64,000 nt of DNA from Malacoraja senta (GCA_038087875.1 CM075987.1:6138001-6202000); one strand, 5' to 3'. Positions 51,681 to 63,437 are shown, counted from the stretch's first letter. Numbers and translations are program-made. The notes: generated from the sequence alone by a model not told the origin.

Positions 51681-52627
51681 TTTAGTTTGAGTTGAGTTTA
51701 GTTTATTGTCACGTGTACCAAGGTACAGTTAAAAGCTTTTTAGCGTGCGAAACAGTCAGCGGAAATACTAACTAGTTTGATGCTTCTGTGGTAGAGCTTG
51801 AGACTTTGTTAGGTTTGAGATACTACATTAATTTGGGTTGTAACAACGTACATTTTTGTAGCACTTATAACCTAACAATTGGATGAGAGGAGAAGAGACA
51901 AAGTGGTGGAGTAACTCAGCGGGTCAGGCAACATCCCCGGAGAACATGGGTAGGTGACGTTTCTGGTCGGGACCCTTCTACAGACTAAATTAGAAGTACT
52001 AGTTTTAACTTCAACCCAGACGTGAAAAGTCTACGGAAATGATAAAACTTGTAGGGAATTGAACATCCCTTCACCAATTCCAAGAATTCACGTCACAAAC
52101 TGACCTCTAATTAGCATTTATAAAATGTCTCTCTCAGACGTCAATAATAGTTGATGTAAAAATGACGAGTACATCTATTGTGATTCAAGAGAGTTTGTCT
52201 GCATGAGACCAGGTTGAAGTCACAATGCTACATCACCATTTTCTTGTACAACGGACTGATTGAAGTGGCTTACGGATGCTTGATGGTGACAGTACAAATA
52301 CTGCATTCTTTAATCTTCACTTTGGAACAAAATAAGAACTAACAGGTGTCCTTTTCTATGCAAATAAGAGGATTTTTCATCCCAACAGTTCAGAGATGCT
52401 GGGCTTCAAATTTATTCTTCAAAGCAAGCATTAGTGTCTGCATATTGTGCTTCCACAGTTCTGTTCCATTGAACTCCATAGGAATCCAATTTTACGATCA
52501 GCCTATTAGCGCAGTGTGCATTCAGTGTATGTCAGAAAACAGATTTCTTTGTTACTGAACTATTATCTGCAGAAGGGTCCTGGGTCTCATCACTGATTTA
52601 CTCAGCTGTTCTTAGCCAATAGTAGAA

Positions 52628-52910
52628 GGGCGGCATGGTGGCGCAGCGGTAGAGTTGCTGCCTCACAGCGCCAGAGACCCAAGTTCCATCCCGCCTATGG
52701 GTGCTGTCTGTACAGAGGTTCTCCCTGTGACCACATGGGTTTTCTCCGGGTGCTCTGGTTTCTTCCCACACTCCAAAGACCTACAGGTTTGTAGGTTAAT
52801 TGGCTACAGTAAAATTGTAAATTGTCCCCAGTGTGCAGGATAGTGTGTCGGTGCACTCGGTGGGCTGAAGGATCTGTTTCAGAGCTGCATCTCTAAAGTC
52901 TAAAATCTAG
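52628..52910 (+). mobile_element. tRNA-derived V-SINE (HE1-like)
   Basis: GGGCGGCATGGTGGCGCAGCGGTAGAG (A box)...CCAAGTTCCATCC (B box), V-domain and CR1-like tail. Confidence 0.85.
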
Positions 52911-53416
52911 AAGTTGCAATTCATGGCTATAGACATCTGACTATCAAAGAAGAGTAGTCATTGTTGAAATGTAGGAAGGGTACCACAACACTCGCAACGT
53001 GACAACGTTTGAAATTGCAACTGGAATTGAATATCTGAAAGAGTAACACATTTTCGCAAAGATGTCTCCACAGGGAGATGGCTTTCCAGCACTTGCAATC
53101 AGACCTGAATGTGAAGGTTGTCCTTCTGGGCAAAGTGATTGAAATTGGCACATGCCTGTGGAAGTGTACTGAAGCAGAGCATTGAGAGGGTGTAGATTTA
53201 AAGCAAGCAGCATCATGCAGAGAACAAACAATTTGAGATCTTTAACTGACTAAAAGGAGGGGGTGAAGCATTAACATGAAAACTTGGCAACTTCTGTCGG
53301 GTCTCCCCTCAACCTCCGCTCCTCAGAAAACAATCTACCTTGTCCCAACAAGATTTTAAACAAAGTATTTGAAAGCATGGTAACCATTCAAGGTGAAGAG
53401 AGATTTATTTTGTTGG

Positions 53417-53521
53417 GTTGCCTGTCCATTCCCTCCACTGAAGCTGCCTGACACGCTGAGTCCCTCCAGCACTTTGTGTTTTGCTCAAGATTCCAGCATC
53501 TGCAGTTCCTTGTGTCTCCTC
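53417..53521 (+). mobile_element. Short Penelope terminal repeat with TSD
   Basis: TSD TTTATTTTGTTGG (53404-53416 / 53522-53534). Confidence 0.7.
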
Positions 53522-54652
53522 TTTATTTTGTTGGAAATATATTACAAATGAGCTCCAGCTACTACAAGGAACTTAAATCAAACTTCATCTTTGATAACTG
53601 GCGATAAATGCAGAATGCCTTGGCCACTGGTTGTAAGAATCACACTAGGTTAAGTTTCATTGACTTCATTGGACGTGAACAGGAGTCAAGTGCAAAATGT
53701 AGGTGATACCCTAGTGCGTATTTAACACTGGCCACCAATGATTTCTCCCACTGAAGCTTGCTTTGGGTGCTGGGTCCTCCTTTGATTCTGTTGATTTCAA
53801 GCCGCTAGTGCTTTCTGCTTGACTCTATTTCTATGTCATTCAGTTATGCGCTGGTTGCTCATGGATTTATTAATTTTATCATTTTGATGAAGATATTGTA
53901 CGTGTTGCTTGTAAAACCAAATTATCGGGCCTTATTTCTGGTGTAGATTGTCCATCCTCTGCCTCTGTACCTGAGTAAAGGTACACTCTTCTTGAATTGT
54001 CACAACATTGATTTGCTTTTCTAATGGATTTAGAGATGGAGAGATTATTCTTTCGGAAGCGATAGAGGAAGTTTGGCTTCTACTCAGGCAGGTGTTGTCA
54101 CTGGGGTGTACAAGTTAGAGTGGGGTTCAACGATTAGGTGTTTTTTCTTACCAGAGATGTTCTCATAATATGGGGTTCATCCAGTGGCTTTACTCCTGTT
54201 CTCAGAAACATAGAAACATTCAAGCAGAACTTTGTGACATCTTATAAAAACTTTTGTCATTTTTCGATAAAATGATTTGTTCAGCCCAAAAGCAAAAAAA
54301 TTTGCAGATACCTGAAAGTTGATAGCAAAACAATAAAATGACAGAAGACCTCAGTAACTCGGCCGACACAGGCACGGGAGCAGATTGTTTAACCACCCGC
54401 CGAGACACAGAACTGGAATTCTGCACATCAATTGTCAGTTGTCAAACCTGCTGGGTTTTGAAATCCGAGGAAATGAAAACTGCATTTTCTAAAATGGGCA
54501 GCCGTTTCACACCTGAACAAGAGGTCAGAAATCTTTCCCTGTACTTGGAGAGAGATGTCTCAAAATTGGAAATGATAAGAGTTCACTGGAACATAACACC
54601 AAAGTTTGATGTGAATACGTAAGAATCAGTCTCGGGGATTTTAAGTCTATAT

Positions 54653-54881
54653 TGTGGCGGGGACGCGAAGGAGTCCGGCCAAAAACTAGTCGGACACGAG
54701 TTGCGTGCACTAGACGTGATTATTCTCTCCAATACAGCTCCCTACTCCAAGGTCAGGGCGTTGCCCGGCCTTAAATACCAACTCAGGTACCCACCCATGA
54801 CTAGCGCCTCCCACACCAAGACGCCGCCCTCTAGAGCCGATGGTTCGTTGTGCCCTTGGGTTGCCACCAGGTGCCGCCACA
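54653..54881 (-). repeat. 3' LTR (229 bp) of the Gypsy element
   Basis: TGTGGCG...CGCCACA. Preceded on the - strand by a polypurine tract (the + strand poly-C run at about 54885-54903). Confidence 0.93.
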
Positions 54882-57800
54882 TGACCCCCCCCCCCCCCAC
54901 TCCCAGAACCAGAGGCACCGAACGGTACGGGACGCCGAACGAGGCGGCCCGAATGCGTAGATACAATCCCACGCCCCGGGAGCTTACTCGGTTCTGAAGA
55001 ACCTCCGGGAGCCCGGGATGGCGGACGTCCGAGACGGGGTGGTTGAGCCACATGGACTGGCTCACTCAGGTCCAAGTGGGCAGGTTTCAAACGAGCCATG
55101 GACACAGTTTCACGCCGGCCTCCCATGTCCAAATCAAATGTAGTAGGCCCATGCCGCAGCACGCGAAAGGGACCTTCATACGGGCGCTGCAAGGGTGACC
55201 TGTGCGAGTCAGGGCGAAAAAAAACGTACGGGCAGCCCATCAACGGCAGTGGCACATGGGAAGGGGTCACTCCATGACGCAATGTTGGGACGGGAGACAT
55301 GGTGCCGACCCACTCCCGCAAGCGGATAAGCACCGTGACGGGGGTTCCTGGGACCCATCAGCAGAAGGGACAAACTCCCCGTGGACGGTGAGCGGAGCAC
55401 CATATACCAACTCTGCGGAGGACGATGACAGATCCTCCTTGTGGACCATCCGAATCCCCAACAGGACCCATGGCAACTCGTCCATCCACCCAGGGCCCGT
55501 GAGACGAGCCTTCAGGGCGGCCTTCAGACAGCGGTGGAACTGCTCCACCAACCCATTTGACTGGGGATGGTATGCTGTCGTGTGTTGGAGCTGCCATGGC
55601 GGACCACAGTTCAGAAGTGAACTGGGCACCCCGGTCGGACGTGATCTGAAGTGGAACCCCAAAGTGGGCAATCCAAGGCCACGAGTGCACGACTGAGTTG
55701 AAGTGTCCGTGAGCGGGATGGCCTCCAGCCACCGCGTAAAAAAATGGTCAACCGCCGTAAGCAGGTGTGAAACACCCCGGGATGGAGGCAGCGGCCCCAC
55801 GATGTCCACGTGTGCATGATCGAAGCGCCGGCGTGGCACTGCGAAGTCTTGAACGGGCGCCCGGACATATCGATGCACCTTTGATGTCTGGCACGGGATG
55901 CACGCCCGGGCCCAGCGAGCGACCTGCTTCCGAAGTTCGTGCCACATAAACCTTGCGGCCACCATAGCGACCGTGGCTCAGATGGATGGGTGGGCCAGCA
56001 CATGGATCACCTCAAAGATGCGACGGAGCCAGGCCGCCGGAACGATAGGCTTCGGCTGACCCGTGGATACATCACAGAGGATGGAACCGAGGGACCCAAT
56101 GGCACGTCTTCAAGCACCAAGCCAGAGATCGCGGTGCGGTACGCCGGCATCTCATCGTCCACCAGCTGGGCCGCCGCCAAGGCGGAGTCATCTATTCCCG
56201 AGGCCGGGTTAAGCACGGCTGCAATTGCCAGACTGGACAAAGTATCCGCCACTAGGTTGCATTTCCCGGCGATGTGTAGGACGTCCGTTGTATACTCCGA
56301 AATAGCCGCCAGCTGGCGCTGCTGGCGAGCGGTCCAAGAATCCGAAACCATTGCGAAAGCAAATGTGAGAGGCTTGTGGTCCGTGAAGGCTACGAAGGAA
56401 CGGCCCTCGAGGAAGTACCGGAAGTGCCGCACTGCGAGGTGTAAGGCGAGCAACTCCCGGTCGAAAATGCTGTAGCGCTGCGCTCAGGTGACGGCTAAAG
56501 AATGGCCGTTAACCAACTGTTCCAAAACGGCGCCGACCGCAGAGTCCGAGGCATCTATGGTAAGGGCTGTGGGGGCGTCGGCCGACGGATGCAAGAGCAT
56601 AGTCGCCCGAGCCAAGGCCTCCGTCGCCCCTTCAAACGGCGCCGTGTCGACAGCGTCCGACTGTATCTCCTGTTGCTTGCCCATCAGCAACTGGAAAAGC
56701 GTCTGCAAAAGTTTGGCAGCCGCCGGAATGAACCAGTGGTAAAATGTGACCATCTCCCGGAGGCAACGTACAATAGCAGGCCGTCGGAACTGGCAGATTG
56801 CCTCAACCCTGTCTGGCAGAGGCACTGCTCTGTGCCGTGTCACCCGATGCTCCAGGAAGTTGATGGCCCGAAGGCCTAATTGGCACTTGCCAGGGTTAAT
56901 TACAAGGCCATGGTCACTGAGGCGCTGGAAGAGTAGTCGCAGGCGGGAGCAGTGTTCCTCTCGCTAGCGACTTGCCATGAGGACGTCGTCCAAGTAGACA
57001 AAAAGGAAGACGAGCCCGCGCACCACGGTGTCCATCAGGCGCTGAAAGGTCTGCGCGGCATTCTTGAGGCCGAAGGGCATCCGCAGGAACTCGAACAACC
57101 CGAACGGGGTGATAATTGGGGACATCCTCAATGATGTATTGGGGACATCCTCCGGTCGCACGGGGATCTGGTAATATCCCCGGACTAGGTCGATCTTGGA
57201 AAAGAACCTACCCCCGGCCAGATGGGCTGAGAAGTCCTGTATGTGTGGAATAGGGTAACGGTCAGCTGTCATGGCCTCGTTAAGGCGGCGGTATTCCCTC
57301 ACGGCCTCCAGTCGCCAGACACCTTCGGCACCATGTGCAGCAGGTCCGCCCATGGGCTGTTAGAGCATCGAACAATGCCCATGGCCTCCGAAACTCCGCC
57401 TTTTCTATGAGGAGCTTGTCAGGAGCGAGCCTGCAGGCATGGAGCAGTGGACCCGATGTCAGAATATGGTGCATGACACCGTGCCTCAGGCTAGCCGAGC
57501 CAAACTTGGGGGTGACAATGTCCGGAAACTCAGCCAGTACCTGGGCGTAGACATTGTCCACCGTCACTACAAGGTTGCTGACAGGAGCCATGCGGACGCC
57601 ATATGTGTGGATTGAACTGCCATTCGCAGCAGTTAACTTACCTCTTACCAGCGCGAAGGTCGAGTCCAGATGAGGGCAATGCGCTGACCTTCGCCCCGAT
57701 GTCCACCAAGAACCTGAGCCCCGTGCGCCGGTCCCAGACATACAATCAATGGATCCTGCCTGCCACCACGGCCGGCGCTGCCGTTTCCCGGAAATGAGCA

Positions 57801-58571
57801 TGGCTGGCGGCATTAGCGGGCTGCTGAACCCCAGCGCTGGTGGTAAAAACACCACATCCTTCCGCTTGGATCTCCTGGGTCCTGCTCAGCCATCCTCCTC
57901 TCCTGTGCCACTTGTCTTGTCTGTGGCTCAGCCATCCTCCTCTCCTGGGCCACTTGTCTGTGGCTCCTGTGGTCCTGGGTCGCTGGGCCTGCCAGGGTGT
58001 TGAATGAATCCGGTCCAGCGGTTCCAGCGGTTCCAGGTATTCCAGCGCGTCCACCTGCTGCTGGTCGGACAGCCACAGCTCATCAGCGCGGGCCGCTAGC
58101 CGGATGGGATCCTTGAGGCTCTTCCCCGCGAGCTGCCGGCGGATGTCTCACGGCAACTGCTGCAGGTAAGAGTGGGCAGGGCAGGTGGTCGCCCATGAAC
58201 GTGAGCATCTCGCTCATGGGGGCCGAGGGTATCCGGTCGCCGAGCCCGCCCCTGTTAAGGACCTGACAGGCGCGCTACATTCGGAGCAGCAGATCCTTGA
58301 TGCCTGCATACTTATCCGCCTACGGCGGATTATCCAGGTAAGGAATGACATGACCGGCCATCTGCTGGTCAAGGGCGCTTACCACATAGTGATAGCGGGT
58401 CTCATCGGCTGTAACGCCGCGGATGTAAAACTGGGATTCGGCCTGTCGAAACCAAACCCCTGGTCCAAAATATAGGTTGCTTCATGGGGACCGCGTTGAG
58501 TCCGGACTCGTAGGCGGCAGCGGCAGAATGCATTTTCTTTTCAAATTTCCCTTCCAGGATTACACTCCTGG

Positions 58572-58587
58572 GCGTCGGGGGTCACCA
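58572..58587 (-). promoter_or_regulatory. Primer-binding site complementary to the tRNA-Trp 3' end
   Basis: The - strand reads TGGTGACCCCCGACG, 1 nt after the 5' LTR. The tRNA-Trp PBS is TGGTGACCCCGACGT; this copy has one extra C. Confidence 0.85.
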
Positions 58588-58588
58588 A

Positions 58589-58807
58589 TGTGGCGAGTGC
58601 AGCCAAAAACTAGTCGGACACAGGTTGCGTGCACTAGACGTGTTTATTCTCTCCAATACAGCTCCCTACTGCAAGGTCACGAGCGTTGCGGTTCCTTAAA
58701 TACCAACTCGGGTACCGACCTCGTGACTAGCGCCTCCCACACCAAGACGCTGCCCTCTAGAGCCGATGGTTCGTTGTGCCCTTGGGTTGTCACCTGGTGC
58801 CGCCACA
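58589..58807 (-). repeat. 5' LTR (219 bp) of the Gypsy element
   Basis: TGTGGCG...CGCCACA, about 90% similar to the other LTR by eye. Carries TATTTAA and AATAAA on the - strand. Confidence 0.93.
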
Positions 58808-59024
58808 ATATAGGAATTTAACTTTGATGTTTGCTGATTAGAGTTCATATCTGAAATGAATCAAGTATTAATTAGTTGTTTGCTTATTTTGCCAAACCGA
58901 TTTTATTTTAATTTAATTCTCATTGTATATAGTTTTAAATAGAGTTTTAATTTTAAGCAAGTGGTTGAAATTTGTTTTGCAAAATGGGATGTCTCACACT
59001 TGTGTTACTTTTCTCGATCTGTAG

Positions 59025-59165
59025 GTTCGCGAGGAGAAGAGAATTCAGAGGATGAGCCGCCTCTGGAGATCACAACGGTGCAGGACATTCTGAGCAGCCA
59101 TCGCTACAAGTCTTACAAAGTCAGCATCGTTCACAAGCTCCGATTCACCACTGATGTTCAATTAG
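59025..59165 (+). CDS. MAPKAP1: MAPKAP1/SIN1 internal coding exon (141 nt, phase 1-1; start of PH domain)
   Basis: Acceptor ttttctcgatctgtAG, donor GTAATT. Translates (S)[47 protein letters not shown] versus human [48 protein letters not shown]. Confidence 0.97.
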
Positions 59166-60288
59166 GTAATTGTTATTACTTGGGGGAAAACAGCCTTTTT
59201 ATGCTTGCCAAATGACTTCAAACAGTGCAAAAATTAGATTTAAGAAATAATTACCTGAAGTAAATTGCACTTTGCTTCAAATCGCTCATTTTCAAAATAA
59301 TTCTTTAATGGTCGGTAATATTGTAGGCACCAATTACATTAATTGTAATGGAACACAAAGAAACTAATTATTCAAATTGGTGCAGAAAGTATTGTTTCCA
59401 AAGGAAGGCTGCCATAATATTTTAACATATAACTAAACTGACGTGTTAATCGGAGCTGAATTTATAAGTGTGGTATCTTCCTTGCCCCACAATGTGTTTT
59501 GTGGTGTCCTTTCTCCAGTGAGGTATATAATATACTAGAATCAAGCAATATCTTATTTTAAAGACAAAGCTTGAAATCACGTACCATCAGAATGAGGGGC
59601 CACTTCTTAACTACTTTTGTCAAACGACAAAACTGTTCTCTCATGAGTTAAGGGCGATGTCCCGACCTCCCAACCTACCTCATTATAGCCCTTGCACATT
59701 TTTTAATCCGCGCTTTCTTTGTAACTGTAACGTTATAATGGTGTAGTATGTTCTGCACCCTTGTCATTTTTTTTTTGCATTGTACTTGTGTATGGCATGA
59801 TTGTACTCGTACGATACGACTGGATGGCACGCAAACTAGGTTTTTCACTATCTCAGTTCATGCGAGAATAAACCAATACTCATTTTGCTAATGCATTTAA
59901 TTCAATGAAATTGACATTGTGCCATTGAGGAAAGGGAAACAAACCTGTGAGGGTTCTTTTGAGCAGAATTAGAGTTCTCACAATTTATAGATTAACAGTA
60001 TCCCTGTATGAGTCCATTGAATTTAAATAAATATAATCACAAATAATTGCCATCTAAAGTTCTCATACAGATTTAATGAAAGTTCTAAACAAGAAATGTT
60101 TCTTTTCGTTTGGGAGTACAGAGCCTTTCCTCTGATGCCTCAAATATTTCTGATTTATAATTCCGCCCTTGTAGGCTATCTCTTGCAATTTGCTCAAGCA
60201 GGAAGTATGGTAACAATTTCAGTCAGATATTATATTGGAAATTAGAAATTTATATCCGTGAAGGCAGTATTTCTACGTTGTTTATTAA

Positions 60289-60633
60289 GGGCGACATGGT
60301 GGCGCAGCTTGTAGAGCTGCTGCCTCACAGCGCAAGAGACCTGGTGTCGATCCTGACCTTGGGTACCATCTGTGTGGATTTTGCACATTCTCGCTGTGAC
60401 TGGGTGGGATTCCTCTGGGTATTCCGGTTTTCTCCACCTCCCTCTCCACCTCCCAAAGACGGCAGGTTTATAGATTAATTAGCCACTGCAGGTTACACCT
60501 ATTGTGTAAAGGAGTAGATGAGAAAATGGGTTAACATAGAACTAGTGAATGGGTGATCGATAGTCCGTATGGACCAAGTGGGCCAAAGGGCCTGTTTCTA
60601 TGCTGTATCTTTCAATCAGTTTAATCAATCAAA
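60289..60633 (+). mobile_element. tRNA-derived V-SINE (HE1-like)
   Basis: GGGCGACATGGTGGCGCAG...GGTGTCGATCC head, V-domain, CR1-like tail and (TCAA)n end. A degenerate - strand copy lies at about 26220-26465. Confidence 0.8.
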
Positions 60634-62781
60634 CTTTATGCACCTCAATCGTAGCTCTGCTCCATTAAAGTTAATATGAAACGAGGGAGATAACAAATAA
60701 AGTTTCCATCTCCATTTCTTCATCTTGGAATTGATATGATATTATGCAAAATTCTAAAATATTCAAATTGCAGTTATATTTGGCTCGTTACCATAAGCAG
60801 CCTTATCTGATCAATCAACAAAATGTTGATGATTCGATAAAAAATTGTTTTTATATTCGGTGTCATTCATGAATGTCATACGTAGTAACATTGGAATATG
60901 AAATGCATTACCATAAGTAGTTGTTAAATCAAAACAATTTTCCATATTAACCAGTTTGAGAGGAAATTTGAAAATAATAATTAAAGAGATAAGAGAATTT
61001 TAAAATTAAATCTGTAACTCTAATGTTAAGGTGGCTGTTGTTTAATCACAATTGTATAGAAGGATACTTTTCTAAAAATATTCCAGTTCTTTCAATATTA
61101 TGGACAATTATTATTTGCATGATATCCTACTTGAATTTGGAGCTGCTGTGAAGCGTTTGGTTATGTTGGTGAGTATATTGCATGCCAAGCTTCTGTGAAG
61201 CCCACCCTGTTTTTTGTCAGTTGCTGTTAGTTTGTTTCTTGGAGAATTTTCTTGGCCCCTCTGCATCTGGAAGCTGTCAGAATAGAGAGCTTGAAAAGGT
61301 CATTCCTTATCACTGAAGATAAATGATAGGAGGGGTGTGGAGCTGTTAGGTGAAACGAATAGTTCAACTTGCTCAGCACTGAGAGGACTGACCCATGAGT
61401 GTCGCTTTCAGGGGTTAATGCTCCTTTCAGTGTGCTTATGAATCTGATTTTTCAGTCATATTTTAATTCTGTACATTATGGAAGGTTATGATTAATGTGG
61501 AAATGTCCTATTGGAAGATGCTGATGAGCACCATGAAATTAATGTACAGGAAAATCACTTTCTCTGGACTACTTTTAGGAGTATATTTAGGAGTATATGA
61601 AGTATATTGTACTTCAAATAAGTAAATGTGTGTCGATACCAAATAACCTCTCACTAAAACAAGATGATGTGTTGCTGAGCTTGCTCACCTGCCCATAATA
61701 GTTTCACACCTGTACTTGGGTCTTCTGCACCCAGGCCAAGCCAAAAGCTACAGAGCATTGCAGGTACATCTGGACCCCAGCATTACCTTTTTTGCTAGGG
61801 CCCCAACTGCCATTAAAGCTTGAGAGATACCAGGAACTGCAGATGCTGGTTTACAAAAAAAGACAAAAGTGCTGGAATAACTCAGCGGGTTAGGCATCAT
61901 TTCTGGGGAGAAAGTGGGTAGGTGAAGTTTTGGGTCAAGGCCCTTTTTCACGCTGACCCAAAACGTCACCTACCTATGTTCTCCAGAGATGCTGTCTGAC
62001 CCGCAGAGTTATTCCAGCACTTTATGCCCTTAAAGCTCTGCCAACCAGCAGAGGCTCCATTCATCATTGACAGCTGTAAAATGTCTATGATTGCAAACGT
62101 TTTTCGATGTTTTCTGACATTCAGAAAGATCTAAAACATAACTTAGATAAAATTGAACAAAAAGATAAAACGCAGCCCTGCGATCTCCTCTGAAATCGGC
62201 AGGATCTTTGGCGCTGATCTCAAAGGTGATATCCCCAAGCATGGTGCTCAGAATCTCAGCAAGGCTGAGCTCCATGGGGAGCCCGTGGTGGAGAGAACTG
62301 ACAGCATCTCGAATCTGTCAGTACGCCCGGGACATGAGCAATGACGGTGCGTGTGCACCATCCCTCTGCTGCCTGCTGTTTAAATGGCATCAGCGTGGGA
62401 GACCTCACCCTCTGTCCCATCATTGTCGGCAAATCTGCACACCACTTATAAATTTGGGATTTATATCTGTTGCCAATAACCACTTTAATTCGCAATGACA
62501 GTTCCAATAATACTTAGAAATGTTTAATGCTGTTTTTGCTCCAAAGCCAGATGGTAAGATTTATCATTGGTTAAAGAGTATAGTTCGAGGATGAAAGCAG
62601 AATTTAAGTTGTCCACAGTAGGCAGAGAATTTACACATTTGCTCCAGGTAATTTCCAGTAATTTGCGGACAATTTTGGAGTCCTAATGAAGCCTGGATAA
62701 ACTTGATCATTTTGTTACAAAGTGTCGTCACAACCGCAAATCCTTTACTGCAGTTTCACAAAGCAGAGGATCATGGTGTAA

Positions 62782-63437
62782 AGGCTCTGTCTCACGGTGT
62801 TGCGGTCATCGGCGATGAAGCGCGGCTTCGCCTGTAGAGGGGACCGCACGGCAACGGCGAGAGCGCCGAGCCTATGCCACGGGAGCGCCGCACGGATGCT
62901 GCGCGGGGGCCGAGTGATTTAAATACGGCTGGTCCCACGAGCTTGCGGTAAGTAAAAAAAAGGGCGGGCCGACTGCGATGACGTCATTTTGGATCTGCGG
63001 GGCTGTGGCGGCGGCCGTCCTGATCGCGGCGCTGTAGCGGTGGCTGTGGTGGCGGCCATGCCGCACACGTGACTCACTAGCGGCGGCTGTGGCGGCGGCT
63101 GTGTTGATCGCGCCGGTGGCTGTGGTGGCGGCCGTGCCGCACACGTGCCTCACTGGTGGAGGCTGTGGCGGTGCAAGTTCGACGCACGGCGCTCGAGCCG
63201 CACTGGCGCCGGCTGTGGCGGCGGCCGTGCCGCACTCGTGCCTCACTGGCGGAGGCTGTGCGGTAGGGACATATTTTTGAACAGTGTTGGTTTTATTTTA
63301 GTACCGTGCGGTGTTGGGAACAACGCCGCACGGCCCCGGAATTGTGCGTTTGACCGAGTGCGCGGTCTATGGTGGCCCAGGAGCGGTAGATTCTTCCTGT
63401 TTCGCCGCCAATGACCGCAGACTCGTGAGACAGGCCT
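62782..63437. mobile_element. GC/CpG-rich non-autonomous Harbinger-type element (656 bp) with internal tandem repeats
   Basis: TAA|AGGCTCTGTCTCACG...CGTGAGACAGGCCT|TTA. Internal GGCTGTGGCGGCGGCCGTGCCGCACACGTGCCTCACTGG-type repeats at about 63000-63265. Confidence 0.7.

Larger units (their letters stand above)
54653..58807 (-). mobile_element. Complete but decayed Gypsy/Ty3 LTR retrotransposon (4155 bp), antisense to MAPKAP1
   Basis: Two TG...CA LTRs and a 4-bp TSD ATAT (54649-54652 / 58808-58811). On the - strand, frameshifted gag (WCFYHQRWG), protease (FLVDIGA), RT (DRYPIPHIQD, FSKIDLVRGYYQIP, YLDD), RNase H (DASD, FTDHKPL), integrase (HVDIVGPLP, TTAYHPQSNGLVE) and GPY/F motif (LQRPYEGPFRVL). 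Confidence 0.96.

Noticed and set aside
52628-52700. tRNA gene
   Set aside because: The tRNA-like head continues into a V-domain and LINE-like tail, so it is a SINE; the same applies at 39840-39916 and 60289-60360.
54701-58821. + strand ORFs over the Gypsy element as antisense genes
   Set aside because: They are shadow ORFs of GC-rich gag-pol on the opposite strand.
58961-59215. 84-aa ORF as a standalone gene
   Set aside because: Only 59025-59165 is coding (a SIN1 exon with AG/GT boundaries); the rest is intron read-through.
2288-62022. Recurrent gctggagtaactcagcgggtcaggcagcatctctggag motif as a CRISPR-like array or tRNA-derived SINE
   Set aside because: The copies are dispersed, in both orientations, with TSDs and no regular spacers. 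There are no Pol III A/B boxes, and two copies are attached to Penelope coding remnants. The DNA is vertebrate.
62872-63414. Ala/Gly-rich ORFs
   Set aside because: They come from GC-rich tandem repeats inside a TIR-bounded non-autonomous element; no protein family is recognisable.
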